Source of the DNA: a virus
Taxonomy: Duplodnaviria; Caudoviricetes
IMG/VR virus record: IMGVR_UViG_3300049889_000047
Span: 1 to 43,706 of that record
Length of the DNA stretch: 43,706 nucleotides
Direction: 5' to 3' (one strand)
Positions 1-9,392 of the stretch are shown piece after piece (positions within the stretch are counted from its first letter, which is position 1; every line of letters begins with the position of its first letter). Made by a program: the position numbers and the translations under genes. The notes beneath the pieces are model-generated. The model saw only the letters and a list, made by a program, of their open reading frames with translations, did no database searches and was not told where the DNA came from.

Positions 1-1473
1 GTGACAGAGCGACTGTTAGACAGGTGGTGGCGTCTGCTGCATGCCGGCGCGAGACATCCGATGGCATCGGAACTGGCGGTGCTCTGGGCCTATCTGACGC
101 TGCCAGGGTGGCTGCTGGGGGCTGGTTTGGCTGGCATAGTGGGCTCTATCGTCGCAAGCGGTGCTCGCCGTAGGCTCGCACCGACTCTAGCAGATGATGT
201 CAAGTTCGTCTATCGCAAGGCTTACCTGCGGCACAAGTGGCCCAAGCTGTGTAAGTCAGCGGGACTGGAGGAGGCACGCAAGGGACCGACTGGCACTGAG
301 GGTGTCGCGTTGCACCGGCCGCGGCTGTGCCACGCGCACGTCTGGCAGCTGCCACTGACCAGGCAGCGCTGGCTCACCAAGATCTGTCAGACTCCGACTG
401 GCATGCGGATCACTGTCGACGGCACCACAGTGGGGATGCCTCTGGAGGCGTTTGAGGGCAAAGCCGGCAACAGCATCTGCAGTACGGTTCATGCCAAGGG
501 AGTCCGAGCTTACGAGCACCCTGACTACAGTCATTTCACTAGTATTGACCTGACTTTCGGTGAACCGTTTAAGCAGACTGTGAGCCATAAGTCTCTTCCG
601 ACTTCCAAGGTTCCTGGGTTTGTGAACACCGGCAGGGATGCTCAACACAAGCTAGTCCGAGTAAACCAGCTAGTGCATTGGTTGCTGATCGGTGCTTCAC
701 GTTCGGGGAAGTCTTCTGAAGTGTGGATGCGTCTGAAGGGCCTGGTGGACCAACATATTCCATTCTTGCTGTACTGCATCGATCCTAAAGGCGGTATGGA
801 GTTGTTCAACCTTGAGGGTCGGGCGTTCGTGTATGAGGACAACATTCTGAACTGCAAGCTGTTCGTAGAGAATGTGCTGAAAGCTCTTGCTGCTCGGCAA
901 GCTGAGATGAAGGCTGCTGGTGAACGCAAGTGGAAGCCTGACCTAAATCCGCGTTGGCCTCTGGTAGTTATTCTGATCGACGAGATCATTACGTTCATGG
1001 GGATGCTAAAGAAGCAGAAGATTAAGATCAATGGACAGGACGTAGCTGCTGAAGACGCCTTGCGTTTCCTGTTGACTCAAGGACTGGGTATCGGTTTCGT
1101 CTGCATCGGATGTAGCCAACTGAGTCAGAAAGAAGGTGGCCTCGGAGTTCTGCGTGACCTGTTTTCCGATATCACGATGTTTCGGGTCACTTCAGATGAG
1201 CAGGTGACTGCCGCGGGTTTCAAACCGTCTCTGCATCCGGCACACAAGATTCCAATTGGTGACGAGTTCGCCGGCCAGGCTTACATGAAGACTGAGGACG
1301 GGTCGATCCGGCATTACCGTGCAGGCTGGTGCCCCGATGAGGAGCGGGAGCGTATTACTCAAGGCATCCACGAGTGGTCAAAGAAGTACTGGGCTGCTTC
1401 GGTGGCTCTGCCTGAAACGATCGAGTTTGTGTCCAGTGAACTTGAGCTAGCGACGAATGGAGTAACAAAATGA
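1..1473 (+). CDS. FtsK/SpoIIIE (TraB-like) DNA translocase with N-terminal membrane segment
   Basis: N-terminal hydrophobic segment, Walker A LLIGASRSGKS, IDPKGGMEL motif and Walker B VVILIDEI, typical of actinomycete FtsK/TraB proteins. Confidence 0.85.
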   Translation: MTERLLDRWWRLLHAGARHPMASELAVLWAYLTLPGWLLGAGLAGIVGSIVASGARRRLAPTLADDVKFVYRKAYLRHKWPKLCKSAGLEEARKGPTGTEGVALHRPRLCHAHVWQLPLTRQRWLTKICQTPTGMRITVDGTTVGMPLEAFEGKAGNSICSTVHAKGVRAYEHPDYSHFTSIDLTFGEPFKQTVSHKSLPTSKVPGFVNTGRDAQHKLVRVNQLVHWLLIGASRSGKSSEVWMRLKGLVDQHIPFLLYCIDPKGGMELFNLEGRAFVYEDNILNCKLFVENVLKALAARQAEMKAAGERKWKPDLNPRWPLVVILIDEIITFMGMLKKQKIKINGQDVAAEDALRFLLTQGLGIGFVCIGCSQLSQKEGGLGVLRDLFSDITMFRVTSDEQVTAAGFKPSLHPAHKIPIGDEFAGQAYMKTEDGSIRHYRAGWCPDEERERITQGIHEWSKKYWAASVALPETIEFVSSELELATNGVTK

Positions 1474-2504
1474 GCTATCGTGATCAAATAGGTAAAGGAG
1501 CTATGCGTCCAGTATTGTCGTGGCTCATGCCTAGAGAAGGTGGCCCAGATCAGGGCTTCATAGACAGGAAAGCTGCACATGATAAACAAAGCCCACAGTG
1601 CCGAGGCTCTTGGGCTTTGCACTCGGGACCAAGAGAAGCCGGCGTTGATCGCTGTTGGGTCTGCAGTTCTCAATTCTAGTGACGAACGGAGCAATAAAAT
1701 GAGTAGGCGTGAGCATGTGCAGCAAGGAAGAATTATTATCACGCATAGTGACGATGAGCGTGCTTTACTTCGTCAAGCAGGACATATCGGTCCAGAAAGA
1801 AGTGATAATAGCGTGTCGCGTCCAGGACTGAGTCCAAACTTCATTCGCAAACTGAAAGAAATACGAGGTAAGCAATGAGAAAGTTCACGCACTATTTCAA
1901 TGAGATGTCTAAGTATGCTGCAAGAGAAGAGCAGTTAGGATATCCCGAGAAAGCACAACAAACACGAGATACACGTAACGCTAGTTGGGCTGAAAGTGTA
2001 CGCGTTGAAACTCGATACCAGCAGTCTCTAGAACGATTGAAGAGGTTTCAACGATGACACGCAACAACCACAAGAGTGCACAAACCAAGCGCGCAGAGAT
2101 TCGACAGTTCGATCGGAACATCCGGTCATGGGAGCGAGCGAAAGCATCTAAGGAGAATAAGCGATGAGTAAGCAGAGGTATTCTGAGTTTTTGGCGATGC
2201 GTGCCGAAGAGTATAAAAATCGAGGTGATGAACGAGTCGCTAAAGAGTATAGAGAAAGAGCAGAAGAAGTTAGGGGCTGGGAGCGCACAAGTGATGCAGC
2301 ACGTGCAGCACAAGCTAGGGGCAGACGGTGAGGATTGACCGGAAGTCCAACGACTCACCACTGCCTAGCAAGGATGAGATGGCAGCTATCACTGAGCACT
2401 GGATCGAGTATCCCGACTGCAGTGGTAGTGATGTCACCGAGAAGCATTCGATCGTGACCGGTGATTTCTCACTGTCATGTAGTGAATGTGGCCGGTCGCT
2501 ATGA
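1470..2504 (+). other. Chain of very short, translationally coupled hypothetical phage ORFs (e.g. 1470-1679, ~1699-1878, 1875-2057 and further ORFs under 60 aa)
   Basis: Successive ATGA start/stop overlaps and GGAG/GAGG ribosome-binding sites; no recognisable domains. Confidence 0.55.
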
Positions 2505-3025
2505 AGCAGTGGAATCGGGTGCATGGCACAGTTTACGGTCTGCGTACGAAAGACACGAAGGGTCGGACTACCTGGCTGCTGCATCGCCCGAAGATCAGCA
2601 TCGGCTATGTCGGTAAGTGGGGCGCTAACAACTGGGAGGAGAGAGTTCGTCAGCATGCTTATGGTGGTGGAAAATATCACTGTGAACCAAAAGACTGGGC
2701 AGACCTCATTCCTGGTTACGACCACGATGCCAGGATGCCGAAAGAACAGCGCCAGGCAGTGAAAGACATGATCGCTGCTGGCGGTGCGATTCGACTGTGG
2801 CATGGCGAGTGCTTCTACTGGTACCTGAAAATTAAAGAGTCAATTCTGATCGCCAGGATTCGGCCGGCGTACAACATCTTGGAGAACACCAAGAACCCGA
2901 AACACGTACCGAAGTGGGAAGCACAAGCGCAGCGACAGCGACGTAACAAGGCACGAGCATATGAAGATTCAACGATGTTCGCTCGTATCTCTCGTAAGAA
3001 TCCAGACGCTGAATGGAAAAGGTAG
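2486..3025 (+). CDS. GIY-YIG-like nuclease (likely start ATG 2501)
   Basis: GTVYGL...IGYVGK...RVRQH...E..I...P.YN pattern fits the GIY-YIG superfamily. Confidence 0.6.
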   Translation: MWPVAMKQWNRVHGTVYGLRTKDTKGRTTWLLHRPKISIGYVGKWGANNWEERVRQHAYGGGKYHCEPKDWADLIPGYDHDARMPKEQRQAVKDMIAAGGAIRLWHGECFYWYLKIKESILIARIRPAYNILENTKNPKHVPKWEAQAQRQRRNKARAYEDSTMFARISRKNPDAEWKR

Positions 3026-3191
3026 ACAGCATGAGTAGAGATTTGCAAGATCAATCAGGACATGGTCCTCTGCTTGGTTGGACTCCGCGAGCTACTGAAG
3101 CCGATATGCAAGCCTATCGAGCACAAGGTTCATGGTGCATGTGCAGTCAATGTAAGAATTATCGGCAGGGTTTAGATAAAGAGCGTACATC

Positions 3192-3401
3192 ATGATTGGA
3201 TGGACTGAAGCAATCGGTGCCGCGATATTCGGCGCTGTGCTTGGCTATTTGTTCTGTCATGTACAGCTAGAGCACCAACGTCACATGCACGAGCTACGCA
3301 AAGCTACGCCGATGTTGCGCAAGACTGCATACAAACTCGGCGCTGTGTTAATGGTTCTCGTTATAGGTGGATTCACTGTCTGGACTGGAGTATTCGGATG
3401 A
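3192..3401 (+). CDS. Small membrane protein (2 TM)
   Basis: Two hydrophobic helices; ATGA overlap with the upstream ORF. Confidence 0.6.
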   Translation: MIGWTEAIGAAIFGAVLGYLFCHVQLEHQRHMHELRKATPMLRKTAYKLGAVLMVLVIGGFTVWTGVFG

Positions 3402-4115
3402 GCGAAAATATAGTTCCTGAGCGTCCTATGCGTAACCGTCCTATCATGCCTAACGTTGCTGAACTAGCTGGTGAACACAGAGATCAGACCTCCGAATGGA
3501 AGCGGTCTGAAGCTATCCGTCAGTGGCGACGTCAGCACGTACGAGGAGACTGGGATAAGTGATGAATCCTCTTGATGCGATATTCGGAAGCTATGCCGGT
3601 GAGCGTGACGAAGAGGCTATCGCTGTTGGACTACGTGTTCAGTATCCCTGGCGTTACACCAACATCTGGACAGGCACTATGCGATCGAACAAACCCACGA
3701 GTGACGTTAAACGAGGTGAACGCGAATAAACCTACTATAAATTAGAATAATTATAGTAATATTATAGTAGCCAAAAAGATTGGAGTAAACAGCATGAGTG
3801 TAGAGCGTAGATAGGGTAAAGATCTTGAGTCGGGTGACCGAGTTTGGAAAGGAGAAAAATTAGTGAGAGTACGCAGTGATAAAAGAAAAAATAGATCTAT
3901 CAGGTCTTTACTGGGCACGACGAGCAGGACAATCGTAATGGACGATGATTATCTGACTCTTGAGTGGACCTCGCTGCTTGGTCCCGATGATGACCTGTCA
4001 TGGGCCGACTGGCAGAGGATCTGGGAAGCTGAAGCAAGTAAAGCCGCGCAACACATGGAAGCTTGCCAACGGCGGGCTGCGTTCTGCACGCAGATGTCAC
4101 AGAAAGCTGACGGAC

Positions 4116-4595
4116 ATGACGAACACTTATAACGAGACTGATCTAGAGTTGATACAGCGATATGGCGCATTGGAAGTCATCAAGCAGTACGGTGACAGCG
4201 CCGCTGTCCATGCCATCGCACTAGCCTGCTTACGTGACAGTAGCGCATCAGCGACCGCTGTCTACAACACTGATCGAGCCGTGCTCGTGCCTCCGTCAGC
4301 CCCTGAACCGACGCTGCTCTATCCGACTTGGGTAGCTGAAGAGCAGACAGCTCCGTACCGTTCCCGACTGCGCTATCTGCCGGCTGCAGTGGCCATCACG
4401 ATTGCTTGTGCTCTGGTGGGCATCCTGGTTTGGCTGGTTGTCAGTGTGATGACAGCAGTAGCTACTGCTGTGGTGACCTACTCCAGCGTGCTGATCGGTA
4501 GTGTCGTACTGCTTGGGTTGGTATGGGTGTTGAGTTTGTTCGGTGGCGGCCGCGGTCGTAGCTTCTCAGGAACATTCCAAGGCAGGATGCACTGA
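4116..4595 (+). CDS. Membrane protein (start uncertain)
   Basis: C-terminal part of ORF 3960-4595 with two long hydrophobic helices. Confidence 0.55.
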   Translation: MTNTYNETDLELIQRYGALEVIKQYGDSAAVHAIALACLRDSSASATAVYNTDRAVLVPPSAPEPTLLYPTWVAEEQTAPYRSRLRYLPAAVAITIACALVGILVWLVVSVMTAVATAVVTYSSVLIGSVVLLGLVWVLSLFGGGRGRSFSGTFQGRMH

Positions 4596-4685
4596 TGACT
4601 GACGAAGAGATCCACGAGCAGATGAAAGAATTACTAGGGCAGCCTTACGGAGTGCTCGCTGACTGGTCACTGGTAGATCAGGAGG

Positions 4686-4970
4686 ATGACTGTGGGATGG
4701 GATAGCTGGACGAGAACAGCAACAGAACAAAAATATCGTGCGCGTGAGGGTACTCCGAAAGGATCATCAAGGTCTGCGGTTGAGAAAGCTAAGGATCGAC
4801 TCGCCGGACACACGAGCTGTGCTTGCGGCTGCGGTAAGAAAGGCACCGTATTTCGTAACCGCAAAATGTACGACAGTTCTTGTGCAAAGGCTCATGATCG
4901 GATGGGTGGTCTGAAGGATCGGACTCCTCCGTTAGCGAGGTCGCAAAAGCATGGCCGCTGGGATCGCTGA
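4686..4970 (+). CDS. Small basic protein with CACGC motif
   Basis: AGGAGG immediately upstream; CACGCGK motif. Confidence 0.55.
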   Translation: MTVGWDSWTRTATEQKYRAREGTPKGSSRSAVEKAKDRLAGHTSCACGCGKKGTVFRNRKMYDSSCAKAHDRMGGLKDRTPPLARSQKHGRWDR

Positions 4971-5098
4971 ATCGGGTGATGTAGTCAATACGCTACCCTC
5001 CGCTGCCATGTTAGAACTTCCTGAAGATCCATTGACCGGCAAGCTCCCTGAGCTGCTGTGGGAGACACCGATCTATGACGAGACAGTCGTCTGGTGGC

Positions 5099-5544
5099 TC
5101 AAAGAGCACGGCGGCCAGCCTCCCCCGCGCGAGCCACTGGCACTGTCCTGGTCTGGCCACCAGGCTTGAGATGGTGTCGACCTGTAGACACCGCTCTCAC
5201 CCGTCCAGGTCGCAGTACAGACAGCGCCAATACACCAGCCAGCGTCAGTACCCCGAAGCCTCGCAACACCGCTGCAGCAGCGAACTGGTGAGCTAGTGAC
5301 GCCGCGCCGGCTGCAGCGACCAGCGTTGTCAACCCGATCTTAGCTCGTACCCATCGGTAGCGCAGCAGTCGCGGCCCTGAAGCAAGTACCGCTCCACTGG
5401 CCATCGTCAGCCCAGCTGTGAACACCAGCACCGCCAGCGCCCGTGGTGGCAGTGTTGTCAGCAGTGCGCAGCTAAGCATCCCGAACCACAGTGAACCTGT
5501 GATCAGGTGTGTGACGAGGATGACCCGGCGTGCGACGATGCGTA
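5099..5544 (-). pseudogene. Membrane protein resembling DUF2269, apparently lacking its original start
   Basis: RRVILVTHLITGSLWFG and LLRYRWVRAKIGLT...LSVLRP resemble this family; the frame stays open 5' of ATG 5479 up to a TAG with no start codon. Confidence 0.4.
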
Positions 5545-5582
5545 GCTAACGACGATGACCAGGTGTGAGGTATTATTGATCA

Positions 5583-5765
5583 ATGGCTGAGGTGTGGCTG
5601 GCGTGTTCTATCAAGGATTGTAAGTGGCGCCGATCGGTGTCTATCCCGAAAGATCAGCCTATCGTTGCTGACTACACCATCGCGCGTACCGCATTCTGTG
5701 ATCATCTGCTGAACTGCCACGGCATCACGATCCCCACATCCAAGTGGCGTAGTCAGGCGCGATAA
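5583..5765 (+). CDS. Small Cys/His protein, probably leaderless
   Basis: TATTAT -10 hexamer 6 nt before the ATG; CxxxxC and HxxxxH motifs. Confidence 0.55.
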   Translation: MAEVWLACSIKDCKWRRSVSIPKDQPIVADYTIARTAFCDHLLNCHGITIPTSKWRSQAR

Positions 5766-6100
5766 GCGGCTGAGGCACCCGTGCTGACCCGCAACCACAC
5801 CATACAACATCAGCATCCGGAGCGTGCACCACATAGCGCGGTCGCCGACAGTAGTAACACTCTCCGTCATCACAAGGATATGATCTGTGCGGTTTGTCCG
5901 TCTCCCCAGACCCTGGAGGCTCTAGCATGATCATCCTTCCGCCCAGCTCAGCTCTGCTGGATGAGAGCACCTCAGCACACTTCAACCATCGTTGGAATGC
6001 TTGCATCGCGTTGGACGTGACAGTGTGGAGCAAGGGTTACGCAGCATGCACTCCCGAAGAGCAGGAGCTGTGGTTAGAACGGCTGATCGAGCACTTGGAA

Positions 6101-6382
6101 CTATCGCGCAACGCGTGGCGTAGCGCTGCCCTGGCGAGGCACGCTGACTTCCCACCCGTTAGCGATGTCGCGCCGGGGAGCGGCACCAAAGCCCAGCCAG
6201 GTCTGCAGGGAGTGCAGCAGAGCCTCGACGTTCTCACCACACAGACTGGTGGTGCAGGCACCGACCGCGTGCGGATCGATGATCAAAGTATTGGCGGTGT
6301 AGCGGAAGCCGAGGTTGGTGAAACCCGCGATGCCATGGAGTTGGCAGGTGGCCGGTAGGACAAGTCTGTTACGCTCTGCCAC
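6101..6382 (-). CDS. Conserved actinobacterial hypothetical protein
   Basis: GAGGAG before GTG 6382; TCxLHG..GFTNL...IDPH.VGAC pattern recalled from Pseudonocardiaceae-type proteins (unverified). Confidence 0.5.
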   Translation of the reverse strand: MAERNRLVLPATCQLHGIAGFTNLGFRYTANTLIIDPHAVGACTTSLCGENVEALLHSLQTWLGFGAAPRRDIANGWEVSVPRQGSATPRVAR

Positions 6383-6551
6383 GGCATGACTCCTCTGTGA
6401 GTTGGTAGTGCAGGTCACAGAGTAGCCATGTCGATGTTGTCTCCGCACCCGTTGACCACGATCGGTTGCCCAGACAGCGACGAGCCCCCACCGATTTTGC
6501 TCCTCCGGTGGGGGTTTCGTATCCTTTCGTCCTACTCGACGTTAGGAACGC

Positions 6552-7880
6552 ATGACGACTCTGCCGCTGGTCGGTGATGATGTTCTCGTGCCGCTGGTAA
6601 CTGGCGGTACGTGCCGATATCGCAATTTCGACTATGCCGCGTCCACTCCCTGTCTAGTGTCGGTGCATCAAGCTGTTGAGAAGTTGCTACCCTGGTACAG
6701 CTCAGTGCACCGCGGCACCGGCTGGAAGTCACAGGTTACAACTAAAGCTTACGAAGATGCCCGAAGAACAGTACGTAGCTTCGTGAATGCTCGCCCGGAT
6801 GACTGTGTGCTATTCACTCGTAATACTACTGACTCGATTAACTTACTGATCTCCATGCTGCCACAAGACACCGTTGTGGTGACTTGGGCATCAGGACACC
6901 ATGCCGCACTGCTCCCACCGCGACGTCGCCATGTGATCACACTGCCGATTCCGACCAGCCCTGATCATGTGTTAGAGCAACTTGAGCAGGCTCTGCAACT
7001 TTGGCCAGCTCTCGTGGTGGTCACTGGCGCTAGCAATGTCACTGGCGAAATCTGGCCATATCATAAGATCACTGAACTAGCTCATCAGTATGGTGCCAGA
7101 GTGTTGCTCGACGCCGCACAGTTAGCACCACATCAGTTGATCGATTTGACAGTTAGCGATGTAGACTACGTCGCGTTCAGTGGGCACAAGCTCTACGCAC
7201 CCTACGGCGCTGGTGTGCTAGTGGGGCGCTGTCACTGGCTAGAGAAAGGCGAGCCGTTCCTAGCTGGTGGTGGAGCGGTCGACTTCGTCCGCGTTGAGGA
7301 TGTGCTGTGGTCTGCGCTGCCAGACCGTCAGGAGGCTGGTTCTCCGAATGTGCTGGGAGCGGTAGCGCTGGCTCAAACCTGCCGAACATTGATGTCAGTC
7401 GACATGCAAATTATCGCTGCAAAAGAAGCTATGCTCATCGACGTACTGCGTACTGGACTAGCTGTGATACCAGGCATACGATTCTATCGGATGTGGTCGA
7501 CTGGTTACCCACAAGTTGGGATCCTTACGTTCAACCTTGACAGCGTGCCTTATGCGAAGTTAGCTGCAATCCTGTCTGCTGAGTACGGCATCGGCGTCCG
7601 ACATGGGTGCTTCTGTGCGCACCCGCTGATGATGCATCTTCTCAACATCAGTGATGATGAAGCTCTAGCTATCGCTACTGATCGACGTCTAGGACGGGTT
7701 GCCCAAGTGCCTGGCGCGGTACGCGCTTCGGTAGGAGTCGGGACAACAGTAGAAGACGTGCTGGCGCTGATCACAGCAGTAGAAGAAATAGCAGTTGGAC
7801 GCAGCAGGTGGGACTACCAGAGCACACCAGACGGTGCCGACTGCTCACCCGTTCCTGACCTTCGTGAGCATCTGCTCTAA
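6552..7880 (+). CDS. Class V PLP aminotransferase / SufS-like cysteine desulfurase
   Basis: DYAAST, SSVHRG, FTRNTTDSIN, DAAQ, PLP lysine in SGHKLY, EAGSPN and catalytic RHGCFCAHP. Confidence 0.92.
   Translation: MTTLPLVGDDVLVPLVTGGTCRYRNFDYAASTPCLVSVHQAVEKLLPWYSSVHRGTGWKSQVTTKAYEDARRTVRSFVNARPDDCVLFTRNTTDSINLLISMLPQDTVVVTWASGHHAALLPPRRRHVITLPIPTSPDHVLEQLEQALQLWPALVVVTGASNVTGEIWPYHKITELAHQYGARVLLDAAQLAPHQLIDLTVSDVDYVAFSGHKLYAPYGAGVLVGRCHWLEKGEPFLAGGGAVDFVRVEDVLWSALPDRQEAGSPNVLGAVALAQTCRTLMSVDMQIIAAKEAMLIDVLRTGLAVIPGIRFYRMWSTGYPQVGILTFNLDSVPYAKLAAILSAEYGIGVRHGCFCAHPLMMHLLNISDDEALAIATDRRLGRVAQVPGAVRASVGVGTTVEDVLALITAVEEIAVGRSRWDYQSTPDGADCSPVPDLREHLL
7785..7880 (+). repeat. Copy 1 of a 96-bp diverged direct repeat (desulfurase 3' end)
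   Basis: Ungapped match to 8865-8960, 72/96 identical by manual count. Confidence 0.9.
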
Positions 7881-7889
7881 GAAAGCAGC

Positions 7890-7927
7890 TTGCGTGACAG
7901 TGCAGCCTGTGATAGCATGAGGTTATG
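7890..7927 (+). promoter_or_regulatory. Conserved leaderless promoter element
   Basis: TTGCGT-gacagtgcagcctgtga(17)-TAGCAT-6 nt-ATG. Confidence 0.8.
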
Positions 7928-8269
7928 AGTAAAGCTGAAAGATCTATCAACAGTGCACTCAAGTTCCATCGGACGCATACTAGTGTCTATCATGCTAAGG
8001 GCGCCACTAAGTCTTACGCTGTATATCGTGATAAGATAGACCATTGGTGGATTCTTGACATCCGTGAGCTTACTGAAACAGCAGGTGTTAGGCACTCTAT
8101 CAATCAACCTGTAATCGCTACGCAAGCTAGCGATGTCAAACGACTTGCTATAGCTGTTGCAAATACTTATGAAAAGTTGAGCGATGACTATTGTTCTCAT
8201 GAACATGGCTATCGCGAGCGTATCACCGAGGCAATTCAGATTGCTTACGCATCTGATAAGATATCATGA
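7925..8269 (+). CDS. Hypothetical protein, first gene of inserted cassette
   Basis: ATG directly after the conserved promoter. Confidence 0.7.
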   Translation: MSKAERSINSALKFHRTHTSVYHAKGATKSYAVYRDKIDHWWILDIRELTETAGVRHSINQPVIATQASDVKRLAIAVANTYEKLSDDYCSHEHGYRERITEAIQIAYASDKIS

Positions 8270-8652
8270 TGATTCGTGACTATCACGGTCAACCGCTGAC
8301 AATCGGCGACTTGGTGCGCTCCATTTGTGTTGATGTTGGAGCACCTCTATATGCTCACAGAGGCATAGTTCGAGCCCGCGTGCAATGGTCGGCAGTTAGT
8401 TATAGTGACTTGACACCGCCATATCATTCCGTAGTTCCGACTGCTATCGTGCATAACGATTCGTCGTCTGCAACTCGAAAATACTGCCGTGGTTGCCAAA
8501 CCCTGCTAACTTTTGAGGATCGCTGGTTACACGCAGGCAGCTATTCGAGAGCGTTGTCTTGTCCACTAAGTAATGATGAGATAGGTATCGCATGCGACGA
8601 AGCAGATGGTTTAAGAACTCAGAGCGTATCCGTGGATGCTGGGAGCAGCTAA
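8266..8652 (+). CDS. Hypothetical protein
   Basis: ATGA overlap with the upstream gene. Confidence 0.55.
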   Translation: MMIRDYHGQPLTIGDLVRSICVDVGAPLYAHRGIVRARVQWSAVSYSDLTPPYHSVVPTAIVHNDSSSATRKYCRGCQTLLTFEDRWLHAGSYSRALSCPLSNDEIGIACDEADGLRTQSVSVDAGSS

Positions 8653-8960
8653 CGCCGATAGGGGTCTATAAGCTGAATTATCTGACAAATAGAGAAGACA
8701 TTAGACGTGGATGGTATTTATTTGGTCCTGATGGACAACCATTCGGCACATATATGGCATTGACTGTGCATGCAGCTAAAGAAGAAGCTGATCGATACAT
8801 TATCAACCCTAAGAAATACTGGGAAGATGGACTCAATCAAGCGGCGGGTTCATGCCCTAGTAGTGAGATCGCAGTTGGGCAGAGCAAGTGGACATGCCAG
8901 AGCATGACAGACGGTATCGACTGCTCACCTGTGCCTGACCCTCGTGAGTACCCTGTCTAG
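8592..8960 (+). CDS. Hypothetical protein fused to a duplicate desulfurase C-terminal tail
   Basis: Last 31 aa (EIAVGQSKW...DCSPVPDPRE) are homologous to the desulfurase C-terminus. Confidence 0.55.
   Translation: MRRSRWFKNSERIRGCWEQLTPIGVYKLNYLTNREDIRRGWYLFGPDGQPFGTYMALTVHAAKEEADRYIINPKKYWEDGLNQAAGSCPSSEIAVGQSKWTCQSMTDGIDCSPVPDPREYPV
8865..8960 (+). repeat. Copy 2 of the 96-bp diverged direct repeat
   Basis: Lies 1080 bp downstream of copy 1. Confidence 0.9.
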
Positions 8961-9235
8961 CGCCAGTCGCGGTGATGTCCGCCACGGTCGTCACGATCAT
9001 GATCGCCATCGCCCTGATGCCAGTGTGGTTCACACTGGACATACCAGCGATGCTGCCAGTAGTTGTACTGCCAGTGGCAGTCGTCACGGTCATTGGTGTA
9101 CGAGCCGTGTGACACTTCACCAGCTGGCGCGACTGTCGAGGCTAGTGCGGGACTCGCGCCAGCCAGCACCGCGGCGCCGGTCAGCGCTAGAGCTGTCAAG
9201 GTTCGCTTCATGCCTGCCTCCTGTTGTGATGCCAT
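8957..9235 (-). CDS. Small secreted His/Asp/Trp-rich protein
   Basis: MKRTLTALALTGAAVLAGASPALA signal peptide followed by a low-complexity tail. Confidence 0.7.
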   Translation of the reverse strand: MASQQEAGMKRTLTALALTGAAVLAGASPALASTVAPAGEVSHGSYTNDRDDCHWQYNYWQHRWYVQCEPHWHQGDGDHDRDDRGGHHRDWR

Positions 9236-9392
9236 CCCTCTAGCACCCAGCCAACGACAAACGCCAGCATTAGAGCTATCGGATGCCAGTACAGGGCAAG
9301 CCAGTGCAGCACAGGCGTAACCCTGCCACGATCTAGTGACTACATCGCGCTAAGGTACGCATCCGTTAGCGTCCGACGACGTTAGGTATGGC

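Noticed and set aside
5545-5547. TAG read-through or alternative genetic code
   Set aside because: Conserved long genes have no internal TAG and many end properly at TAG
6390-6540. SAM-IV riboswitch upstream of the desulfurase
   Set aside because: Only a short caggtca..gagt resemblance; the conserved core (e.g. GGCAACC in the expected context) was not found on the + strand
7785-8960. Repeat pair as a diversity-generating retroelement TR/VR
   Set aside because: Mismatches are not restricted to adenines and no reverse transcriptase is present in the window
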